This document shows, in pieces, positions 7,008 to 16,747 of a stretch of DNA of 64,000 nt (positions are counted from its first letter, which is position 1; each line of letters starts with the position of its first letter). The translations under genes and the position numbers were made by a program. Under the pieces are notes generated by a model that was given only the letters and a program-made list of their open reading frames with translations, searched no databases and had not been told where the DNA came from. The stretch is from Sphingomonas adhaesiva. GTDB lineage: Bacteria > Pseudomonadota > Alphaproteobacteria > Sphingomonadales > Sphingomonadaceae. The DNA is taken from the NCBI RefSeq assembly GCF_036946125.1, contig NZ_JAQIJT010000001.1, positions 151,284 to 215,283 on the forward strand. The letters run 5' to 3'.

Positions 7008-10000
7008 CTACTCCGCCGCCAGCAATTCCGCCGCCTGAAGGTCCACCGACACCAGCCGGCTCACCCCCTTTTCCACCATCGTCACCCCGAACAGCCGGTG
7101 CATCCGGCTCATCGTCACCGCATTGTGCGTCACGATCAGGTACCGCGTGTCGGTTTCCTGCGTCATCCGGTCGAGCAGGTCGCAGAATCGCTCGATATTC
7201 GCATCGTCCAGCGGCGCATCCACCTCGTCCAGCACGCAGATCGGCGCCGGATTCGTCAGAAACAGCCCGAAGATCAGCGCCACCGCGGTCAACGCCTGCT
7301 CGCCCCCCGACAATAACGTCAGCGATTGCAGCCGCTTGCCCGGCGGTTGCGCCATGATCTCCAGCCCCGCCTCCAGCGGATCGTCCGAATCCACCATCGC
7401 CAGATGCGCCTGCCCGCCGTCGAACAGCGTCGTGAACAGCCGCCGGAAATGCCCGTCCACCGCCTCGAACGCCGCCAGCAGCCGCTGCCGCCCCTCGCGG
7501 TTGAGCGTCCCGATCGACCCGCGCAGCCGGTTGACCGCCTGCCCCAGCTCGTCGCGTTCCGCCGCGGTCGCGCTGCCCGTCGCCTCCAGCTCGGCCAGTT
7601 CGCGCTCCGCGACCAGATTGACCGGCCCCAGCCGCTCGCGATCGAGCGTCAGCCGCTCGTGCGCCTGCGACTCGGCCTGCGGCGTGGCCACCGACCCGCT
7701 GTCGAACCCCGCCTTCTTCGGCAGCACGGGGGCGGGACATTCGAACCGTTCGCCCGCGACCCGCCCCATCTCGACACGGCGCAGGTCGTGGTTCTCCGCC
7801 CGCGCCGCCGCCCCCGCGCGTGCCTCGCGGGCGGCGGCGAGCGCCTCGTTCGCGCGCGCCTGCGCCGCATCGGCTGCGCGTACCGCGCTATCCGCATCCC
7901 GCTCCGCCGCCTGCGCGACATCTGCCGCCTCCTGCGTCTCGCGGTGCGCGGTCTCCAGCGTCGCGATCTGCGCCGTCAGCTGCGCCGGGCGATCGACCAG
8001 TCTCTCCAGCTCCGCGCCCAGATCGCCCGCGCGCTTGTCCATGTCGCCGATCCGCCGCGCCGCCTCGCCTGCGCGCGCGCGCCAGCCCTTCGCCTCCGCG
8101 GTTCCCGCCGCGCGCCGCTCGCGCGCGGTCGCCAGCATGCGGTCGTGCGAGGTGCGATCGGCCCGCGCCAGCGCCACCTGCGCGCGCGCCGCCTGCGCCT
8201 CGGCCTGCAACCGCGCGACCTCGCCCGCCGCGCCGCTGCCATCGGGGAGCGCCTCCAGCGCAGCCTGCGCGCCGTCGCGCTCGCGCTCCGCCTCGGCGAC
8301 GTCCGCCGCCGCACGCTCCGCCCGGACGGTCAGGTCCCGGCGCTGCTCCGCCAGCCGGTCCAGTTGCGCGGCGGCGCGATCCTCCTCGCGCTGTGCGGCG
8401 CGCTCCTCTTCCTCCGCCCTGGTCAGCAGCGCGCGCGCCGATTGCGCCGCACCGCGCGCGCGCGCGATCCGCTCGTCGACCGCCGCGCGGCGCTGCGTCG
8501 CCTGCGCCACCGCCGCCTCGACGCCGGGCCGCTCGGCCTCGATCGCGGCCAGCCGGTTGCGCCGCTCCATCCGCTCCGCCGCCGCCGCGCCCCCGCCGGT
8601 GGTGATATAGCCGTCCCACCGTCGCAGCCGCCCCTCGCGCGTGACCAGCCGCTGCCCGGGCGACAGCGGCTGCCCCGAATCCGCCTCCACCAGAAAGATC
8701 TGCGACAGCCGCCGCGTCATCGCGTCCGGCGCGGTGACGCGCGCGGCGAGCGGCAGCGTCCCCACCGGCGCCGGCGGGTCGGTCTTGCGCACCGCCGACC
8801 CGCGCCAGTCCTCCAGCGAGGATTCCAGATCGTCCCCCAGCGCCGCCGCCAGCGCACGTTCGAACCCCGGCTCCGCGCTGATCGCATCGACCAGCCGGTC
8901 GCCCGCCTCGCGCGTGGCGCGGCGCAGCGCCGCCGCCTCGCCGTCCAGCGCCGCGAGCGCGGCGATCGCCGCGGCGCGCGCCGCCTCCGCCGGATCGCGG
9001 TCCTCGCGCGCCTCCGCCTCGCTGGTATCCGCCCAGTCGAGCGCCGCGCGCGCCTTCGCCGCCTGCTCGCGCGCCGTCGCCTGCGCCGCCGCCGCGGCAT
9101 CGCGCGCGGCCTCCAGCACCGCCGGGTCGTCGAGGGACGCGAGCGCACGCGTCACCTGCTCGCCATCGCGCACCGCGCGATCGTGGCGCGCCTGCGCAGC
9201 CGCCAGCGCGGCGGCGGCAACGCGCCGCTCCGCCGCCTCCGCCGCCTGCGCCGACAGCGCCTGCGCCAGCGTCACCTCGACATCGCGCGCCGCACGTTCC
9301 GCGTCGGACAGCGCCTGCTCCAGCGCAGGGACCGCCGCGGTCGCCTCGGCGATACGGCGGTCGAGGTCGGCCGCCTCCTCGCCCAGCCGCGCCAGCGCCT
9401 CCGATGCGTCGTGCGCCAGCGCATCCTCACGCGCGCGATCCTCCGCGATCCGCCTGGCGGTGGTCTCCATCTCCAGCAACCGGCGCTGGAGCCCGTGGCG
9501 CTGCTCTCGCGCGCGGGTCAGCTGATGACCCACCTCGCCCGCCCGGTCGCGCGCCGCCAGCGCCGCGGAGCGCGCGGCCGCCAGCGTCGCCGCCGCGTCG
9601 CGCTGTGCGGCCAGCGTCGCCTGCTCCGCGGTCGTCGCGTCCGCGACCGCGCGGTCCGCCGCCGCCGCCTCGGCGCGCGCCGCCTCCGCCGCCGCCGCGG
9701 CATCGCGCCAGCGCGCATAGATCATCCGCGCCTCCGCCACGCGGATCCGCTCCGACAGCAGCCGATAGCGTTCCGCCGCGCGCGCCTGCCGCCGCAGCGC
9801 CGCGACGCGCGTCGCCTGGTCCGCCATCAGTTCGTCGAGCCGCGCCAGATTGGCCTCGGTCGCGCGCAGCCGCGCCTCGGCATCCTTGCGCCGCACGTGG
9901 AGGCCCGCGATCCCGGCGGCTTCCTCCAGCATCGCCCGCCGCTCGCCGGGCTTCGCCGAAATGATCGCGCCGATCCGGTTCTGGCTGACCAGCGCGGGCG

Positions 10001-10400
10001 AATGCGCGCCCGTCGCCGAATCGGCGAACAGCAACTGCACGTCCCTGGCGCGCACGTCGCGCCCGTCGATCCGGTAGGCGCTGCCCGCGCCGCGCTCGAT
10101 CCGGCGCACCACCTCGCTTTCGGTGGCGCCGTCCGGGCCGTCGACCTCGGCCAGCAGCGCGACCTCGGCGAAGTCGCGCGGCGGACGCGTCGCGGTGCCC
10201 GCGAAGATCACGTCCTCCATGCCCGCGCCGCGCATCGACTTCGCGCTGTTCTCGCCCATCGTCCAGCGCAGCGCTTCGAGCAGGTTGGACTTGCCGCAGC
10301 CGTTGGGGCCGACGACGCCGGTCAGCCCGGGCTCGATGCGCAGGTCGGCCGGGTCGACGAAGCTCTTGAAGCCCGTCAGCCGCAGCCGCTTGATCCGCAT
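7008..10400 (-). CDS. smc: chromosome segregation protein SMC
   Basis: 1130 aa. N-terminal MRIKRLRLTGFKSF...GPNGCGKSNLLEALRW (Walker A), a long Ala/Glu/Arg coiled coil, and C-terminal LSGGEQALTAVALIF...LDEVDAPLD. Confidence 0.95.
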   Translation of the reverse strand: MRIKRLRLTGFKSFVDPADLRIEPGLTGVVGPNGCGKSNLLEALRWTMGENSAKSMRGAGMEDVIFAGTATRPPRDFAEVALLAEVDGPDGATESEVVRRIERGAGSAYRIDGRDVRARDVQLLFADSATGAHSPALVSQNRIGAIISAKPGERRAMLEEAAGIAGLHVRRKDAEARLRATEANLARLDELMADQATRVAALRRQARAAERYRLLSERIRVAEARMIYARWRDAAAAAEAARAEAAAADRAVADATTAEQATLAAQRDAAATLAAARSAALAARDRAGEVGHQLTRAREQRHGLQRRLLEMETTARRIAEDRAREDALAHDASEALARLGEEAADLDRRIAEATAAVPALEQALSDAERAARDVEVTLAQALSAQAAEAAERRVAAAALAAAQARHDRAVRDGEQVTRALASLDDPAVLEAARDAAAAAQATAREQAAKARAALDWADTSEAEAREDRDPAEAARAAAIAALAALDGEAAALRRATREAGDRLVDAISAEPGFERALAAALGDDLESSLEDWRGSAVRKTDPPAPVGTLPLAARVTAPDAMTRRLSQIFLVEADSGQPLSPGQRLVTREGRLRRWDGYITTGGGAAAAERMERRNRLAAIEAERPGVEAAVAQATQRRAAVDERIARARGAAQSARALLTRAEEEERAAQREEDRAAAQLDRLAEQRRDLTVRAERAAADVAEAERERDGAQAALEALPDGSGAAGEVARLQAEAQAARAQVALARADRTSHDRMLATARERRAAGTAEAKGWRARAGEAARRIGDMDKRAGDLGAELERLVDRPAQLTAQIATLETAHRETQEAADVAQAAERDADSAVRAADAAQARANEALAAAREARAGAAARAENHDLRRVEMGRVAGERFECPAPVLPKKAGFDSGSVATPQAESQAHERLTLDRERLGPVNLVAERELAELEATGSATAAERDELGQAVNRLRGSIGTLNREGRQRLLAAFEAVDGHFRRLFTTLFDGGQAHLAMVDSDDPLEAGLEIMAQPPGKRLQSLTLLSGGEQALTAVALIFGLFLTNPAPICVLDEVDAPLDDANIERFCDLLDRMTQETDTRYLIVTHNAVTMSRMHRLFGVTMVEKGVSRLVSVDLQAAELLAAE

Positions 10401-10425
10401 CGCGCCCCCCGCCAGCCGCCGGGCG

Positions 10426-11163
10426 TCAGGCGCCCGCGTTCTTCAACGCGCCCTCGACCGCCTGCCACGTCACCGCATTGTCCAGCTTCTGCCCGTTCAG
10501 GAAGAAGGTCGGCGTGCCGGTGACGCCCGCGTTCGAGCCTGCGTCCATATACTTCACCAGCGCATCGATCTGCTTCTGGTCGCTCAGGCAGGCGCGGACC
10601 TGCGCCTCGGTCAGCCCGCGCTGCTTGGCGAAGTCGATGAAGCCCAGCTTCTCGGCCCAGGCGGTGAAGATCTTCGCCGGGGGCTGCCCCTGCAACTGCT
10701 GCTGGAACGCGCCTGCATCCTCCATCCTGGGCAGTACCTGCGGCTGTTCGGCGAACATCTGCTCCAGCATCGGGAAGAACGGCTGCGCCCCGGCGCAGCG
10801 CCCGATCAGCGCGGGCGCGAAATCGGGCGCGCCGTGGACCAGGAACTCGCGGAACTCGTACGACACCTTCCCCGCTTTGACGTAATTGTCGATCAGCGGG
10901 CGCATGCCGGTGTTGGCGAAGGCGCCGCACGTCGGGCACAGCCGCGAGCCGTACTCGACCAGCTTCAGCGGCGCGTCGGGATTGCCCATCACATAGCCGC
11001 CCTCCGGCGTCGCGGCCACGGTCTGCGTCCAGTCCTGCCCGGCGGGCGCACTGACCGCCGCGACCGAATTGGCGGGCGCGGCGACGTTGCCGTCCCCGCC
11101 CGAGCCGCATGCCGCCAGCAGCGCCGCAGGGATCAGCGAGAGGATCGCGATACGCTTCATCAT
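10426..11163 (-). CDS. DsbA-family thiol:disulfide oxidoreductase, probable lipoprotein
   Basis: MMKRIAILSLIPAALLAAC lipobox. Thioredoxin-fold active site CPTC within LVEYGSRLCPTCGAF. Confidence 0.8.
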   Translation of the reverse strand: MMKRIAILSLIPAALLAACGSGGDGNVAAPANSVAAVSAPAGQDWTQTVAATPEGGYVMGNPDAPLKLVEYGSRLCPTCGAFANTGMRPLIDNYVKAGKVSYEFREFLVHGAPDFAPALIGRCAGAQPFFPMLEQMFAEQPQVLPRMEDAGAFQQQLQGQPPAKIFTAWAEKLGFIDFAKQRGLTEAQVRACLSDQKQIDALVKYMDAGSNAGVTGTPTFFLNGQKLDNAVTWQAVEGALKNAGA

Positions 11164-11172
11164 GTCACTCCA

Positions 11173-11859
11173 TCACTTCGCGCCGGCGGCGCGCAATTGC
11201 GGTTGCAGCTGGGCCCAGCCGACATTCTGCACCAGGCGGCCGTTGATGCGGAAGGCCGGCGTGCCCTGCACCCCGCCCTGCGGCCCCGCGCTCGTCGCCT
11301 CCGACACCGCCAGCACGCGCTTCACCGCGGCATCGCTGGCGAAGCAGGCGTCGATCGCCGGCGCGGGGGCACCCGCGGCGCGCGCGATCGCGGTCAGCCC
11401 GGCGCCCTCGGCCATCGCCTTCATCTGCGCCAGCTGCGGCCAGCTGGCGATCCGCTCGCGATTGCCCTCGCCCCATTCGCCCGCACGCTCGATCCATTGC
11501 ATCTGATCGGCGAAGACGCGCTCGTGATAGGCCGGCCAGGCGCGCGGCCCGACGCAGCGCGCCAGCGTGGCCGCAATCAGGTCGAGCCCGTCGTGCACCT
11601 GGTTGCGCACCTCGACGCTCAGCGTACCGGAGCGCACCATCGACGTGACGACCGGCTTCGATTCGGCGGCATAATGCGCGCAGTGCGGACAGGTGTAGCT
11701 GACATATTCGACCAGCTTCACGCCCGCCCTGGGATTGCCGGTCACGTAGCTTCCCGTGGCGACCGGCGTGACGACGGCGGTCCACGGCCGCGCCGGGGCG
11801 GCGGCGGTGATCGGCGCGGCGAGCAGGACCAGCGCCGCAAAGGGCAGGAAACGGCGCAT
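11173..11859 (-). CDS. DsbA-family thiol:disulfide oxidoreductase (secreted)
   Basis: Start is MRRFLPFAALVLLAAPITAAA (ATG 11859), overlapping the upstream gene's stop by 1 nt (TGATG). Active site CPHC within VEYVSYTCPHCAHY. The upstream part of the 417-aa track ORF is a shadow. Confidence 0.8.
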   Translation of the reverse strand: MRRFLPFAALVLLAAPITAAAPARPWTAVVTPVATGSYVTGNPRAGVKLVEYVSYTCPHCAHYAAESKPVVTSMVRSGTLSVEVRNQVHDGLDLIAATLARCVGPRAWPAYHERVFADQMQWIERAGEWGEGNRERIASWPQLAQMKAMAEGAGLTAIARAAGAPAPAIDACFASDAAVKRVLAVSEATSAGPQGGVQGTPAFRINGRLVQNVGWAQLQPQLRAAGAK

Positions 11860-12401
11860 CAGCGGACCTTCGGCAGGGTGAGAGGGGGCGCGGCGACACC
11901 GGCGGCGAGCGCCTCCAGCACCGCCTTCAGCTCGGGATCGGCGATCGTCTTCAGGCTCTCGCCCATCTCGGACGGCGCGGGCGCCAGCGTCGGCGCGACG
12001 CGCCGCTCGGGACGCTTGCTCACCTCGCCCTGCCGGATCGCGACCTTCACCACCGCGCCATAGCCGAAGAAGCGGTTGACCCGCTCGATGATCTCCGGCG
12101 TCAGGTGCGTCATCATCGGTGCGTGCGCGCCGCGCACGACCAGCGTCAGCGTGCCGTCCTGCTTCTTGCCCATCGGAAAGCGGATCGATTCGGGGGTGCT
12201 GACCGCCGACAGCCGCTCGCCGACGATCTCGGGCCAGCGCGACACGACCGCGGACTGGACGAAGCCGAATTTGCGAAACGCCGCGCCGCCGATCGCGGGC
12301 AACAGCTCGGCGACCGCGCGCGAGCGGTTCTGCCGCTCGGGCTCGGCCTTGGGCGGCTTCGGGGTGGGGGCGCGCTCGCGCTTGCTCATTTGCCGCCCCA
12401 T
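11859..12401 (-). CDS. DUF721 (DciA-like) domain protein
   Basis: 180 aa. The basic N-terminus followed by ...FGFVQSAVVSRWPEIVGERL...LTLVVRGAHAPMMTHLTPEIIERVNRFFG is typical of DUF721. Confidence 0.7.
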   Translation of the reverse strand: MGRQMSKRERAPTPKPPKAEPERQNRSRAVAELLPAIGGAAFRKFGFVQSAVVSRWPEIVGERLSAVSTPESIRFPMGKKQDGTLTLVVRGAHAPMMTHLTPEIIERVNRFFGYGAVVKVAIRQGEVSKRPERRVAPTLAPAPSEMGESLKTIADPELKAVLEALAAGVAAPPLTLPKVR

Positions 12402-12415
12402 GCCATAGCCGGGGC

Positions 12416-13456
12416 ATGGACGCCAAGCGCCGCGACGTCGCCCCTTTGCTGCTCGACTGGTACGACCGTCATCGCCGCGACCTGCCCTGGCGCGCGCGCG
12501 CGGGCGAGACGCCCGATCCGTACCGCGTCTGGCTGTCGGAGGTGATGCTCCAGCAGACCACCGTCGCCACCGTGCGCCCGCGCTTCGCCGCGTGGACCCG
12601 GCGCTGGCCGACCTTCGCCGATCTGGCCGCGGCCGGCGACGAGGACGTCATGGCCGCCTGGGCGGGGCTCGGCTATTACGCCCGCGCGCGCAACCTGCTC
12701 GCCGCCGCACGCACGATCGCGCGCGATCACGGGGGACGGCTGCCCGATAGCGAGGCCGCGCTGCGCGCGCTGCCCGGCTTCGGCGACTATACCGCCGCCG
12801 CGGTCGCCGCGATCGCCTTCGGACGGCGCGCGGTCGTCGTCGATGCCAATGTCGAGCGCGTCGTCGCGCGGCTGTTCGCGATTCGCGAGCCCCTGCCCAG
12901 CGCCCGCCGCGCGATCCGCGCCGCCGCCGGGACGATCACGCCTGACACGCGCGCCGGCGATTTCGCGCAAGGAATGATGGACCTGGGCTCTGCGATCTGC
13001 ACCCCGCGCAAGCCCCGCTGCCTGCTGTGCCCGATCGCGACTGCGTGCGACGCGCTCGCCGCCGGCGCGCCCGAGGCGTTCCCGGTCAGGAAGCCCAAGG
13101 CGGCGCGCCCGCACCGCCACGGCACGATCTTCTGGCTGGAGCGCGACGGCGCGGTGCTGCTCGTGCGCCGCCCCGATACCGGGCTGCTCGGCGGGATGCG
13201 CGCCTTGCCCACCGGCGCGTGGAGCGATGCCCCGCCGGGGCTGGCCGACGCCCCCGCGGATGCGGCGTGGCAGGTGCTGGACGAGCGGGTCCACCACGGC
13301 TTCACCCATTTCACGCTCGACCTTGCGCTGGCGGTCGCGCGGACGCATCACGCGGTGAATACAGGCGAATGGTGGCCGATCGCGCGGCTGGACGAGGCGG
13401 GGCTGCCCACCTTGTTCGCGAAGGCGGCCGGGATCGTGAGGAGAGCGGAACGATGA
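12416..13456 (+). CDS. mutY: A/G-specific adenine DNA glycosylase
   Basis: LLDWYDRHRRDLPWR...PYRVWLSEVMLQQTTV, the 4-Cys Fe-S cluster loop (CTPRKPRCLLCPIATAC) and a C-terminal NUDIX-like domain. Confidence 0.9.
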   Translation: MDAKRRDVAPLLLDWYDRHRRDLPWRARAGETPDPYRVWLSEVMLQQTTVATVRPRFAAWTRRWPTFADLAAAGDEDVMAAWAGLGYYARARNLLAAARTIARDHGGRLPDSEAALRALPGFGDYTAAAVAAIAFGRRAVVVDANVERVVARLFAIREPLPSARRAIRAAAGTITPDTRAGDFAQGMMDLGSAICTPRKPRCLLCPIATACDALAAGAPEAFPVRKPKAARPHRHGTIFWLERDGAVLLVRRPDTGLLGGMRALPTGAWSDAPPGLADAPADAAWQVLDERVHHGFTHFTLDLALAVARTHHAVNTGEWWPIARLDEAGLPTLFAKAAGIVRRAER

Positions 13457-14787
13457 AGGCGAGATCGATGCTGGCCGCCACGCTGGTGCTGGCCGCCGGC
13501 GGCAGCGCGCTGGCGCAGCAGGCGCGCCCCGCGCCCGCCCTCCCCGGCGATGCCGAGGCCCGCGTCACCCCCGCCTTGCCCGCGACGCAGGCGCTGTTCG
13601 ACGGCTATGTCGCGCAACGGCGCGTTCCCGGCATCGTCGGCGCGTTCGGGGTCGGCGACGCTCCGACGGCCTTCGTCGCCTCGGGCCGGATCGCCTACGA
13701 CCCGTCCGCCCCCGCCGCCGGGCCGGACAGCCTGTGGCGCATCTATTCGATGACGAAGCCGATCACCGCGATGGCGGCGATGATCCTGATCGAGGAGGGG
13801 AAGATCGGGCTCGACGATCCGCTGTCGAAATACTTCCCCGCCTTCGCGCGCATGCGCGTGCTGACCAGTCCCGACACGTCGCTCGAGTCGAAGCCGGCGA
13901 CCAGGCCGATCACGATCCGCGAACTGCTCACCCACACCGCCGGCCTGGGCTACAACATCAACGCCAAGGGACCGCTGCTCAAGGAATACGAGCGCCTCGG
14001 CATCCTGCCGGCGCAGCTCAACGCGCCCACCGAGGCGCAGGCGCGCGCGGTACGCCCCAAGACGCTGGAGGAATTCGCCAACCGCGTCGCGACCGTGCCG
14101 CTGATCGCGGAGCCGGGGACGACGTGGCATTATTCGATCGGCCTCGACATCATGGGCGCGGTGATCGAGAAGGCGAGCGGGATGCCGTTCGACCGCTTCG
14201 TCCAGACGCGGCTGCTGGACCCGCTCCAGATGACCTCGACCTTCTGGCACGTGCCCGCAGGCGACACGAGCCGGTTCGCCACCAATTACGCGGTCGTCGA
14301 CGGGCGGAGCCTGCCGATCGACCCCGCGGCGACATCTCCCTATCGGCAACGCCCCAGCTTCCCCTATGGCGGCGCGGGGCTGGTGTCGTCCGCGCGCGAC
14401 TACGACCGCTTCCTCCACATGGTACAGGACAGCGGCACGCTGGACGGCGTCCGGGTACTCAAGCCGGAGACGATCGCGCTTGCGACCTCCAACCTGCTGC
14501 CCCCGGGCGTGACCTTCACCGGGGTGACGCCGGGCGCGAACACCAACGCCGGCTACGGCGCGGGCGGCTATGTCATCCTCGCGGACAAGCCCGGCGTGAT
14601 GGCGGGCACCTGGGGCTGGGACGGCGCGGCCAACACCGTCGCCTGGGCCAATCCGAAGCGGCGCATGCGCGGCGTGGTGATGGTCAACATCTTCCCGCCC
14701 GGCTCGCTGCCGCTGCGCGCCGAGGTGCCGCGCGCGCTGTTGGCGGATGCGGCGCGGATGAACACGCCTGCGGGAGCGCTCAAGTGA
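13453..14787 (+). CDS. secreted serine hydrolase, beta-lactamase (class C / EstB-like) family
   Basis: Start is MKARSMLAATLVLAAGGSALAQQ (ATG 13453), an ATGA overlap with the mutY stop. SxxK motif SMTKPIT. Confidence 0.8.
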   Translation: MKARSMLAATLVLAAGGSALAQQARPAPALPGDAEARVTPALPATQALFDGYVAQRRVPGIVGAFGVGDAPTAFVASGRIAYDPSAPAAGPDSLWRIYSMTKPITAMAAMILIEEGKIGLDDPLSKYFPAFARMRVLTSPDTSLESKPATRPITIRELLTHTAGLGYNINAKGPLLKEYERLGILPAQLNAPTEAQARAVRPKTLEEFANRVATVPLIAEPGTTWHYSIGLDIMGAVIEKASGMPFDRFVQTRLLDPLQMTSTFWHVPAGDTSRFATNYAVVDGRSLPIDPAATSPYRQRPSFPYGGAGLVSSARDYDRFLHMVQDSGTLDGVRVLKPETIALATSNLLPPGVTFTGVTPGANTNAGYGAGGYVILADKPGVMAGTWGWDGAANTVAWANPKRRMRGVVMVNIFPPGSLPLRAEVPRALLADAARMNTPAGALK

Positions 14788-15671
14788 TCGCCCCGGCCAT
14801 TCCAGCGCCCGGCTTCACCGGCGGCCTGCTCGACCGCGCCGATCATCTGCGCCACGATGCCGATGCCTTCGCCAGCGCGATGGGCAATTGGCAGGCGCGC
14901 CTGCTCAAGCTGCACGATTTCGAGCCGGAGGTGACCGAGGACGGCCGCCTCGCGTGGACCATGCTGACCGAGGCGCCCGACGAGGCGGAGTTCGTGCTGC
15001 TCGGGCTCGACAACGGTCGCCCGCGCTTCGCCGCGGTGATGCCGGGGCAGGCCGCGCCGCCGCCCTTCCGCTCCCCCAACCTGTTCGCATTGCTCGACCA
15101 GATGCAGCCGGGCGAGGCGGCGACCTTCGCCGCCGCCCGCTCCCTGATCGACTGGCATGCGCGGCATCCGTTCTGCGCGCGCTGCGGCGTGAAGACCGCG
15201 ATCTTCCGCGCCGGGTGGGGCCGGAAGTGCGACGGCTGCGGCACCGAGCATTTCCCGCGCGTCGATCCGGTCGTCATCATGATCGCCGAGCATGACGGGC
15301 GCGCGCTTCTGGGCCGCCAGCCGTCCTGGCCGCGCGGCCGTTACTCCGCGCTCGCCGGCTTCCTGGAGCCGGGCGAATCGATCGAGGAAGCGGTGACGCG
15401 CGAAATCTCGGAAGAGGCCGGGATAAAGGTGACGAACGTCCGCTACATCGCGAGCCAGCCCTGGCCGTTCCCGTCGCAGCTGATGATCGCCTGCGTCGCG
15501 ACCGCGGCCGACGATACGCTCACGCTCGACACCAACGAGCTGGAGGATGCGATCTGGGTGACGCGCGACGAGGTCCGCGCGGCGCTGGCAGGCGAAGAGG
15601 CACCGTTCCTCGCACCCCCGCCCTACGCCATCGCGCACACGCTGCTGGCGACCTGGGCGGAGGGAGCGTAG
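14784..15671 (+). CDS. nudC: NAD+ diphosphatase (NADH pyrophosphatase), Nudix family
   Basis: GTG 14784 overlaps the preceding stop (GTGA). Zn ribbon CARCG...CDGCG, and Nudix box GFLEPGESIEEAVTREISEEAGI. Confidence 0.85.
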   Translation: MIAPAIPAPGFTGGLLDRADHLRHDADAFASAMGNWQARLLKLHDFEPEVTEDGRLAWTMLTEAPDEAEFVLLGLDNGRPRFAAVMPGQAAPPPFRSPNLFALLDQMQPGEAATFAAARSLIDWHARHPFCARCGVKTAIFRAGWGRKCDGCGTEHFPRVDPVVIMIAEHDGRALLGRQPSWPRGRYSALAGFLEPGESIEEAVTREISEEAGIKVTNVRYIASQPWPFPSQLMIACVATAADDTLTLDTNELEDAIWVTRDEVRAALAGEEAPFLAPPPYAIAHTLLATWAEGA

Positions 15672-15675
15672 CACC

Positions 15676-15857
15676 ACCCCGGCGAGGGCGGGGCCTTTGC
15701 AAAAGGCCACACCGTGCTCCTGCGTAGGCAGGAGCCCAGGGTCGCAGGTCCCATAAGGCGTTGATGTGCTGGGCCCTGGGCTCCTGCCTGCGCAGGAGCA
15801 CGGCGTGGGCTCGGTGCTGTTGCACCTGTTTTTGCAAAGGTCCCGCCTTCGCCGGGG
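15676..15857. repeat. ~180-bp nested-palindrome element, family 1, copy A (inverted relative to copies B and C)
   Basis: Outer IR ccccggcgagggcggggcctttgcaaa / tttgcaaaggtcccgccttcgccgggg. The inner ~29-bp IR ccgtgctcctgcg.aggcaggagcccaggg / its complement spans 15712-15803. Confidence 0.85.
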
Positions 15858-15872
15858 TGGCATAGGGCGATA

Positions 15873-16667
15873 TCAAAGCTCCCGCGGGTCCGGCCCCATC
15901 CGCCCGTCGGGATCGTCCATCGCATCGATCCCGGCGATGTCCGCGTCGCTCAGCCGGACGTTTCGCGCGCCCCAGTTGCTCTCCAGATGGTCGGGATCGG
16001 CGGCCTTGGGGATCACCGACAGCCCCTTGGCCAGATGCCAGGCGATGATGACCTGCGCCGGGGTCGCCCCGACGCGCTCGGCTATGGCGACGATCCGCTC
16101 GTCCTTCAGCGTCGCGCCCTGCCCCAGCGGGCTCCAGCTCTGCGTCACGATGCCGTGCGCCCGATTGTATGCCTGCACCTCGCGCTGCTGGAACGTCGGG
16201 TGCAACTCGATCTGATTGACCGCCGGTGTCACGCCGGTCGCCTCGACGATCGCGTCGAGATGCTCGGGCAGGAAGTTCGAGACGCCGATCGACCGCGCCT
16301 TCCCCGCCTCGCGAAGCGCCACCAGCCCCTTCCACGCCTCGACGAACTTGCCGCCCGCGGGATGCGGCCAGTGGATCAGGTACAGGTCCACCGCCTCGCG
16401 CCCTAGCAGTGCCAGGCTCGCGTCGAGCGCGCCTTCGGCGTCGCCGTGCTGGTCGTGCCACAGCTTGGTCGTCACCCAGACGTCGTCATGGCCCAGCCCG
16501 TCGCCGACGCCGCGCTCGTTATGATACAGCGCCGCGGTGTCGATCAGGCGGAAGCCCAGGTCGATCCCGGCGCGTACCACCGGCGCCACCTGCGAATCGG
16601 GGATCTGATAGGTGCCGAGCCCCAGCTGGGGCATGCTGCGGCCGTCGTTCAGGGTCAGGTCGGTCAT
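15873..16667 (-). CDS. aldo/keto reductase (2,5-diketo-D-gluconate reductase-like)
   Basis: Start is MTDLTLNDGRSMPQLGLGTYQ (ATG 16667). AKR motifs: IDTAALYHNE, LYLIHWP, IGVSNF. Confidence 0.85.
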   Translation of the reverse strand: MTDLTLNDGRSMPQLGLGTYQIPDSQVAPVVRAGIDLGFRLIDTAALYHNERGVGDGLGHDDVWVTTKLWHDQHGDAEGALDASLALLGREAVDLYLIHWPHPAGGKFVEAWKGLVALREAGKARSIGVSNFLPEHLDAIVEATGVTPAVNQIELHPTFQQREVQAYNRAHGIVTQSWSPLGQGATLKDERIVAIAERVGATPAQVIIAWHLAKGLSVIPKAADPDHLESNWGARNVRLSDADIAGIDAMDDPDGRMGPDPREL

Positions 16668-16747
16668 CCGCCACGAACCGTCGCTGGCGCGTGCGGTTCC
16701 CGCTTTCGCGCTTCCCTTTCCGGCGCGTCTGTCGCAGGGGCGCGAAC

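Noticed and set aside
4771-7038. 755-aa plus-strand ORF and 251-aa minus-strand ORF (6219..6974) running through the tandem repeat.
   Set aside because: The frames are open only because the GC-rich repeat lacks stops. The products are repetitive low-complexity peptides (RRREDAKMERSG.., LCVLRVLCANQKK..), and the start of the 755-aa ORF overlaps the radical SAM and GT87-like genes out of frame.
8000-9700. Highly repetitive Ala/Arg/Glu-rich stretch with many nested alternative ORFs in smc.
   Set aside because: This is the coiled-coil arm of SMC. The compositional periodicity explains the apparent internal repeats and the many shadow ORFs.
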